From a virus: a stretch of 64,000 bases of DNA. Made by a program: the position numbers and the translations under genes. Location: positions 18,030 to 82,029 of the IMG/VR virus record IMGVR_UViG_3300020205_000565. The stretch is one strand, 5' to 3'. The notes beneath the pieces were generated by a model, which ran no database searches, was not told where the DNA came from, and saw only the letters and a list, made by a program, of their open reading frames with translations. How positions within the stretch are numbered: the first letter of the stretch is position 1; the number at the start of each line of letters is the position of its first letter. Shown piece by piece: positions 58,862-64,000 of this stretch.

Positions 58862-58891
58862 CAAATATATGTAAAAAGTTTAAACTTACAA
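58862..58891 (-). promoter_or_regulatory. Bacteroidota sigma-A-type promoter (TTG-N19-TATATTTG) with palindrome AAGTTTAAACTT in the spacer
   Basis: Matches the -33 TTG and -7 TAnnTTTG consensus with a 19-nt spacer. Confidence 0.7.
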
Positions 58892-58900
58892 CATTTAAAC

Positions 58901-58944
58901 AAAAAAAAGACCCGCTAGCAGATCTTACGGTATGCTAGACGGGT
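58901..58944 (-). terminator. Intrinsic terminator
   Basis: ACCCG(T)CTAGCA...TGCTAGCGGGT followed by CTTTTTTTT. Confidence 0.8.
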
Positions 58945-58960
58945 ACCTAATACTTAAGAG

Positions 58961-59314
58961 TTAAGCTCGTTTACCGTCTTCTTCTCTCTTAGCCTTTATA
59001 TATCCTGTTAACTCCGCAATGTTAGTACTCAATTGAGTCATATGCGTAGTAAGGTTATCCATCTTTAGATCAAGCTTCTCGTGAGCAGCTTTCTGATCTT
59101 CTTTAAGTATTTCCATTCTATTATAGATGCTTGTCTCTTTAGCCATAAGATCTGTTTCTAGGGAGTCCATATCACCCGTAAGTTTATCTACTTTCCCTCT
59201 CAACTTTCCTAGTTCCTGTTTAAGAGCATAATATGCTGATAAACCTGTACCTATTGTCATCACTATCCAGATAACATCTTTAGTGGTAAATATCCACGCT
59301 TCTGCTGATCCCAT
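58961..59314 (-). CDS. Single-TM coiled-coil protein (holin/haemolysin-like?)
   Basis: N-terminal TM segment VIWIVMTIGTGLSAYYAL followed by a coiled coil; has its own promoter-like motif and terminator. Confidence 0.45.
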   Translation of the reverse strand: MGSAEAWIFTTKDVIWIVMTIGTGLSAYYALKQELGKLRGKVDKLTGDMDSLETDLMAKETSIYNRMEILKEDQKAAHEKLDLKMDNLTTHMTQLSTNIAELTGYIKAKREEDGKRA

Positions 59315-59350
59315 AACTTAAATATATATACTTATAATATACGAAATTAT

Positions 59351-59503
59351 TTACTCAGAGCTAGGAACTATTTCTACCAATTCATTTACTTTAGTCAAAG
59401 CTTGTAAAATAAAAGACACATCGTTAAGAGTATATGCTCCTTTTAAAGTTGCTGAGTTAAGCGCTTGTGTAATAGTCTCAATAGCTTGTTCTTTAGTCAT
59501 CAT
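59351..59503 (-). CDS. 50-aa fibre-associated protein (paralogue of 62406-62528)
   Basis: Manual translation MMTKEQAIETITQALNSATLKGAYTLNDVSFILQAL... Confidence 0.75.
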   Translation of the reverse strand: MMTKEQAIETITQALNSATLKGAYTLNDVSFILQALTKVNELVEIVPSSE

Positions 59504-59527
59504 AAGATTATAGTTTCTATTATTCGA

Positions 59528-60145
59528 TTATACTAATAAAATCTTTTGTACTACTCCGTTAATTTTTACGGACCAGGTTTTGCTAGATGATACTGTTGTT
59601 TCTGTAGTTACAGTTCCGCTAGGAGTACTAGCTGTACCAACAACAAATTGATTATTAGCTGTTGCCGTTGCTTGATAACCTAGTATGATACAACTTGAAA
59701 AATTACCTATAACAGTTTGAGATCCAATTACAGTATTAAGACTACCTGTTGTACTGGCACCTCCAGAACTAAGTCCTATAGAGACATTATTATTACCAGT
59801 AGTATTAGAAGATAATGCATTAACTCCTATGGCAGTATTACTAAAACCTGTTGTATTAAATGAAAGTGAGCCATCACCTAATGCAGAATTATTATCTCCT
59901 GTAGTAGTAGCAAGCATACTGCTATACCCAATAGCAGTATTACTAGCTGCTGTCGTACTATTAAATAATGCATTATGACCAATAGCTGTATTAGCTGAGC
60001 CTGTAGTATTGATTCGCAAAGCCCCATCACCATATGTGGTATTTGTTGCAACATTACCTTTACCATTACTCCAAATAGTAAGGTCAGTTGCATTGGTTTC
60101 TACCCAAGAAGGTAGACCACCTTTAATCCCAATTTGAGTACTCAT
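59528..60145 (-). CDS. Fibre protein with NTAIG (YadA-head-like) 14-aa repeats
   Basis: Repeats of NTAIG..AL..NTTG; C-terminus paralogous to that of the 465-aa fibre. Confidence 0.7.
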   Translation of the reverse strand: MSTQIGIKGGLPSWVETNATDLTIWSNGKGNVATNTTYGDGALRINTTGSANTAIGHNALFNSTTAASNTAIGYSSMLATTTGDNNSALGDGSLSFNTTGFSNTAIGVNALSSNTTGNNNVSIGLSSGGASTTGSLNTVIGSQTVIGNFSSCIILGYQATATANNQFVVGTASTPSGTVTTETTVSSSKTWSVKINGVVQKILLV

Positions 60146-60147
60146 AA

Positions 60148-60987
60148 TTATATAAGTGAAATTATTAGTAATTCAGCACCTGCAGTTGTAGTACTATAAG
60201 TTATTGCAGCTAAGGTATTATTAATAGCACCAGCATCAAAATCCATAGTTTCCCCTGGCTTAAGTGTAATACCACCAACCGTAGCATCAGCAGTTCCTAC
60301 ACTAGCAAATGATATAGAGTATCTACCTGCTGGTATAGTACCTGATGTACCTGCAGGTCTAAGGAATGTTGGAGTTCTTTGCACCCCTGTTCCTCCGTCT
60401 ACAGTAATAGAACCTCCACCATCTGCAATATTAACGTGTCCGCTTGCATTTACCTCAACAGTTTGCTGAACTCCACCAGCTGTAACACCCGCTATGACAA
60501 AAGAGTTTGCAGGTGCTGCAGCTCCATCTGTTCCTACACAGTTATCTATAAGCTCAACACTAGTTTCAATATCAGTAAGAATAACATTACTAGCTTGAAT
60601 AGCCCCTAATATAAGTGCTAATACAGCAGAAGGATCCGCATATACTAAACATCCTGGGGTAGCTGCTCCTGGAGGAATTACAGGTGTTGTACTACCTGGT
60701 AGATAATATGTAATTGGACCCCAAGTAGATGTATCAGGATTCCATACCCGCACCTCTAAATATACTGTATCACCATTACAAGTATCTACTGTAAATTTAG
60801 CTTCATACTCTGTACTAGCTTGAAGTGTAGTAAGTATTGATGAAAGTATAAATTCTATATCATCCGTATTACCATCAATAATTTTAAGTTGATCACAAGT
60901 ACATTGAAGCCCTTGTAATACTTTTAGCTCGTAGTTAAAGTTAGAGCCTTTGTCTCCTTCTTTTTTATTTCCGTTACCTAGTGACAT
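60148..60987 (-). CDS. Virion appendage/structural protein
   Basis: Thr/Gly-rich, beta-rich C-terminus; lies in the fibre cluster. Confidence 0.5.
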   Translation of the reverse strand: MSLGNGNKKEGDKGSNFNYELKVLQGLQCTCDQLKIIDGNTDDIEFILSSILTTLQASTEYEAKFTVDTCNGDTVYLEVRVWNPDTSTWGPITYYLPGSTTPVIPPGAATPGCLVYADPSAVLALILGAIQASNVILTDIETSVELIDNCVGTDGAAAPANSFVIAGVTAGGVQQTVEVNASGHVNIADGGGSITVDGGTGVQRTPTFLRPAGTSGTIPAGRYSISFASVGTADATVGGITLKPGETMDFDAGAINNTLAAITYSTTTAGAELLIISLI

Positions 60988-61002
60988 AGTTTTATAATTT
61001 TT

Positions 61003-61185
61003 TTAAGCTTGCTTTGGAGCATCTTGACGATTTGCATAAAGTGCTAACTTAGCACGTGTATCAGGTTCTACCTTATCTTGATAACAGGTTGGTTTGTTAC
61101 CAGGTACAGGAGGTTTGCATCTTGCAGATTTCATACCAGCGACACTGTTATAATAATCTTGTAATGATCCTTTTCTTAGTGACAT
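61003..61185 (-). CDS. Hypothetical protein (60 aa)
   Basis: Fills the gap and has an A-rich leader. Confidence 0.55.
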   Translation of the reverse strand: MSLRKGSLQDYYNSVAGMKSARCKPPVPGNKPTCYQDKVEPDTRAKLALYANRQDAPKQA

Positions 61186-61199
61186 ATGTTTAAGTTTTA

Positions 61200-61850
61200 T
61201 TAGTTAAAGTAAGATAGTACTTGGTTAGACATAAACTCAATATCTATGTATGCTGTGCCTACCCACGGTACTCCAGAAGCTGCTACAATAGATACAAAGT
61301 AGTCATCAAGACCTAATATTGTATTATCAAGTACAATCGTTGCAAATGTAAGCGGTATAGCTGCTCCTGTACTTGCATTTTTTACTAAAGCATTTACTGT
61401 AAACTTACCAGATACGCCACTAAATGTGGTTACCCCCTTTGCACCTATTACAGTGGCATCATTAATTAATCTAAGACCAGTGTCTCCTGAGATTACACCA
61501 ATTAGGTATGAATAAGAAGATTGGCCTGGTACATCAAATCTTACAATACCGCCTAATTTGTAAGTCTTAAGTAGGTCACCGTTATCCGTTGTAATAGTAT
61601 CAGGTAATTCTATAAAATCACTTTCTGCTTCTGGATCTAATATACCCGTTACATAGTTCATTTGAGTACCTGGAGCAGGTACTATTGATGCAGCAAAATC
61701 TTCTACGGTCATACTATAAGACTGGTATTTATCTCCGCGCTTAGCATAAGAAACATTGTTACCAAGAATTACAAGATCTTGTGTAGGATCCTGTACTGTA
61801 GTTTTTACTAGTTTGTTTTTGAGTAGGTATACCCAGTTTAGTATGTCCAT
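61200..61850 (-). CDS. MDILNW-family fibre/appendage protein
   Basis: Shared N-terminal domain MDILNW...DL..LG..V...KRGDKYQSY.M. Confidence 0.65.
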   Translation of the reverse strand: MDILNWVYLLKNKLVKTTVQDPTQDLVILGNNVSYAKRGDKYQSYSMTVEDFAASIVPAPGTQMNYVTGILDPEAESDFIELPDTITTDNGDLLKTYKLGGIVRFDVPGQSSYSYLIGVISGDTGLRLINDATVIGAKGVTTFSGVSGKFTVNALVKNASTGAAIPLTFATIVLDNTILGLDDYFVSIVAASGVPWVGTAYIDIEFMSNQVLSYFN

Positions 61851-61851
61851 G

Positions 61852-62403
61852 TTAGTTGTTTATGGTATAAAGTTCATAATATACATACAAATCACCATCC
61901 CAGTTATTAACTCCAGCTATTGTAGGATTAGCGTTATAAAGATTAAACTCTAATCCGTTTGAAACCCCTGTAGCAATTAAATGAGGAATAGCATTATCAG
62001 TTATAGTATTTTTATAATACACTGAATATTGTACATATATATTATCTCTGTTAGTTATGGTAAGGTCTAGATCTGGGTTATTAATCAAGAAAGAAACTGA
62101 AGTAGCATAAGCTGCACCGGGAGTTAAAGGAGCAGATGTTCCCATACCTGTAATATCAATAATACCACGAATAGTGCTTACTGTTACAGTACTGGTAGCT
62201 GTAATATCTAACTCATAATGAGCAGTATTAGCAACAAGTCCTGCTTGAATAAAATCTTGTGCGGGCATAGCATAAGATTGATACTTATCACCACGCTTTT
62301 GGAATGATACATCAGCACCTAGTACTACTAAGTCTTGTGGACTATCTAGGACAGTTCTAATTAATTGTTGCTTCTTTATATGAAGCCAGTTAAGTATATC
62401 CAT
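61852..62403 (-). CDS. MDILNW-family fibre/appendage protein
   Basis: Same N-terminal domain with a different C-terminus. Confidence 0.65.
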   Translation of the reverse strand: MDILNWLHIKKQQLIRTVLDSPQDLVVLGADVSFQKRGDKYQSYAMPAQDFIQAGLVANTAHYELDITATSTVTVSTIRGIIDITGMGTSAPLTPGAAYATSVSFLINNPDLDLTITNRDNIYVQYSVYYKNTITDNAIPHLIATGVSNGLEFNLYNANPTIAGVNNWDGDLYVYYELYTINN

Positions 62404-62405
62404 AT

Positions 62406-62528
62406 TTACATTTTTAGTTCATTAAGGGCTTGCAAAATAACCTCTACATCTTTTAAAGTATATATACCTTTTAATGTAGCTGCGTTTAAAGCTTGCTCAA
62501 TAGTTTGAATTGCTTTTTCTTTTTCCAT
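62406..62528 (-). CDS. 40-aa fibre-associated protein
   Basis: Manual translation MEKEKAIQTIEQALNAATLKGIYTLKDVEVILQALNELKM; TAATG-coupled to the fibre gene. Confidence 0.75.
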   Translation of the reverse strand: MEKEKAIQTIEQALNAATLKGIYTLKDVEVILQALNELKM

Positions 62529-63925
62529 TATGCAACGTACATTGGGATTTTGTAGTTAACTCCGTTAACACGTACAGTCCATGTTCTAGTAGTAGCAGCA
62601 GGCGTTTCTGTAGTAACAGTTCCAGCGTTTGTAGCAGCTGATCCAACAACAAATTGATTAGATGCAGTTGCAGTTGCTCCAGCCCCTAAAATAAGTGACC
62701 CTACCCATCCTCCAGAAACAGTAGAATGTCCTACAGCTGTGTTACTGCTTCCAGTTGCATCAGTTCCTAAGGAATTATAACCTATAGCAGTATTAGCAAC
62801 TCCTGTAACTGAATTTTGATTTGCATAAGTTCCTATAGCTACGTTTTGTTGTCCAGTTGTTAAATTTACCATTGACGACAATCCTACAGCTGTGTTCTGG
62901 GCACCTGTAGCAGTTGCAAGAGAGCTATGTCCAACAGCGGTATTTCCTGAAGCAGTTAAATTACTAGCAAGAGCACTTTTACCAATAGCTGTGTTGAACG
63001 ATCCTGTAGTATTTGAAGTAAGGCTATTGTGACCTACTGCTGTGTTTTCAGTTCCTAAAGTATTGCTGTTTAAAGCAGAATGACCTGCAGCTGTGTTTTG
63101 ATTAGCAGTATTGCTATACAATGCACCTTTTCCAATAGCTGTGTTTTGATTCCCTGTGGTTGTAGTATACAAAGCTGAATAACCTACAGCTGTATTACCA
63201 TAACCTTGGCTAATATTTGATAAAGAATATGCTCCGAATGCAGAGTTCTCAAAATTAAAAGCATTAGCTGTACTAAGAGCAAATTGACCAAAACTTGTAC
63301 TGCTTACAACGTTACCTAAACCGTTATTCCAAACTGTTTTATCAGTGTTATTCCACTCTAAATGAGGGATCTGTGTTTGATATACAGGAATGTTAATTAC
63401 TCCACCGCCTAATGTTGCAGCACCACCTGTACCAGTAGTAGTTAAGCTATTAGTAGCTCCTGAAGGACCTGTTGCACCAGTTGGACCTTGTAATCCAGTA
63501 GCACCGGTTGCACCAGTAGCTCCTTGTGAAGCAAGTAATGCCCAGTTAGTAGGGTCAGAAGCAGGATTAGTAGCAGATGGACCTACGTTAGCAATACAGA
63601 ACCATGATGCTCCACCGTAACCTACTGCGTCATCAATTACATAAGTTCCTAAAGCAGACCATGATCCTTGCCAGTTTAATCCGGCAGGACCTACAGGACC
63701 TATGGGACCAGCAGGGCCAGTAACACCAGCAACTCCTTGAGGACCAGCTGGACCAGCAGGTAAGATTTGAGCAAATTCACCAATTTCCATTGCGTAGTTC
63801 TGATAAAGATCTCCGCGTTTATTGACTCCTACTTTAGCACCAAAGATCATTAAGTCGCTAAGGCTACCTGGTGTAGTACGTACAAATTTGTTTTTGGCTA
63901 GATAAAGCCAGTTTAGAATGTCCAT
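62528..63925 (-). CDS. MDILNW-family fibre: collagen repeats, carbohydrate-binding-like module and NTAIG repeats
   Basis: G-X-Y runs, a WQGSW...Y..DDAV.YGG.SW module, and about 12 NTAxG-type repeats. Confidence 0.75.
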   Translation of the reverse strand: MDILNWLYLAKNKFVRTTPGSLSDLMIFGAKVGVNKRGDLYQNYAMEIGEFAQILPAGPAGPQGVAGVTGPAGPIGPVGPAGLNWQGSWSALGTYVIDDAVGYGGASWFCIANVGPSATNPASDPTNWALLASQGATGATGATGLQGPTGATGPSGATNSLTTTGTGGAATLGGGVINIPVYQTQIPHLEWNNTDKTVWNNGLGNVVSSTSFGQFALSTANAFNFENSAFGAYSLSNISQGYGNTAVGYSALYTTTTGNQNTAIGKGALYSNTANQNTAAGHSALNSNTLGTENTAVGHNSLTSNTTGSFNTAIGKSALASNLTASGNTAVGHSSLATATGAQNTAVGLSSMVNLTTGQQNVAIGTYANQNSVTGVANTAIGYNSLGTDATGSSNTAVGHSTVSGGWVGSLILGAGATATASNQFVVGSAATNAGTVTTETPAATTRTWTVRVNGVNYKIPMYVA

Positions 63926-64000
63926 GATTAGATTAGATTAATGGATTAGTATATAGTATAATATAAGAAGACTTGTTTAGATATCCAAATTATAACTGGA

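Noticed and set aside
58840-58902. N-terminal extension MFKCCKFK... of the 105-aa ORF
   Set aside because: It overlaps the promoter and the terminator tail, so the ATG at 58839 is more plausible.
689-63620. All plus-strand ORFs and short nested minus-strand ORFs in the track
   Set aside because: They are antisense or out-of-frame shadows of long minus-strand genes, with biased Ser/Leu/Phe composition and no motifs.
1-64000. Stop-codon reassignment, as known in some crAss-like phages
   Set aside because: Giant ORFs are intact in the standard code, and both TAG (36175, 53828) and TGA (34776, 56753) act as stops at gene junctions.
1-64000. tRNA or rRNA genes
   Set aside because: Intergenic gaps are short (about 140 nt or less) and are explained by promoters, terminators or small ORFs. 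No cloverleaf or T-loop signature was seen.

Overview
This is a 64-kb, AT-rich segment of a crAss-like (Crassvirales-type) phage, probably infecting a Bacteroidota host. All credible genes lie on the minus strand in the standard genetic code and form the virion-assembly region. Read from right to left, it contains: fibre/appendage genes (an MDILNW paralogue family, NTAIG-repeat fibres each with a small partner gene); a small regulatory/nuclease cluster; TerS?, TerL, portal, scaffold and major capsid protein; seven tiny Lys-rich genes; a ring protein and a ferritin; Cys-rich vWA/FN3 appendage proteins; HU/IHF-like, ring and muzzle tail genes; and six giant cargo (ejection) proteins, the last of which runs off the left edge and is missing from the ORF track. 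Three things stand out. (1) A hairpin plus terminator in a 3' UTR (36110-36177) has a loop, UGUUGGUUU, complementary to an AAAACCAAC motif lying next to the start codons of several head and packaging genes. This suggests a phage sRNA regulon. (2) About 20 recurring x-x-x-G-G motifs delimit the modular domains (zincins, lysozyme-like folds, duplications) of three cargo proteins, suggesting polyprotein processing or cargo-loading signals. (3) A variant late-promoter motif recurs, with a palindromic operator-like site in some promoters. All family assignments are from motif recognition and synteny by eye; no searches were run.
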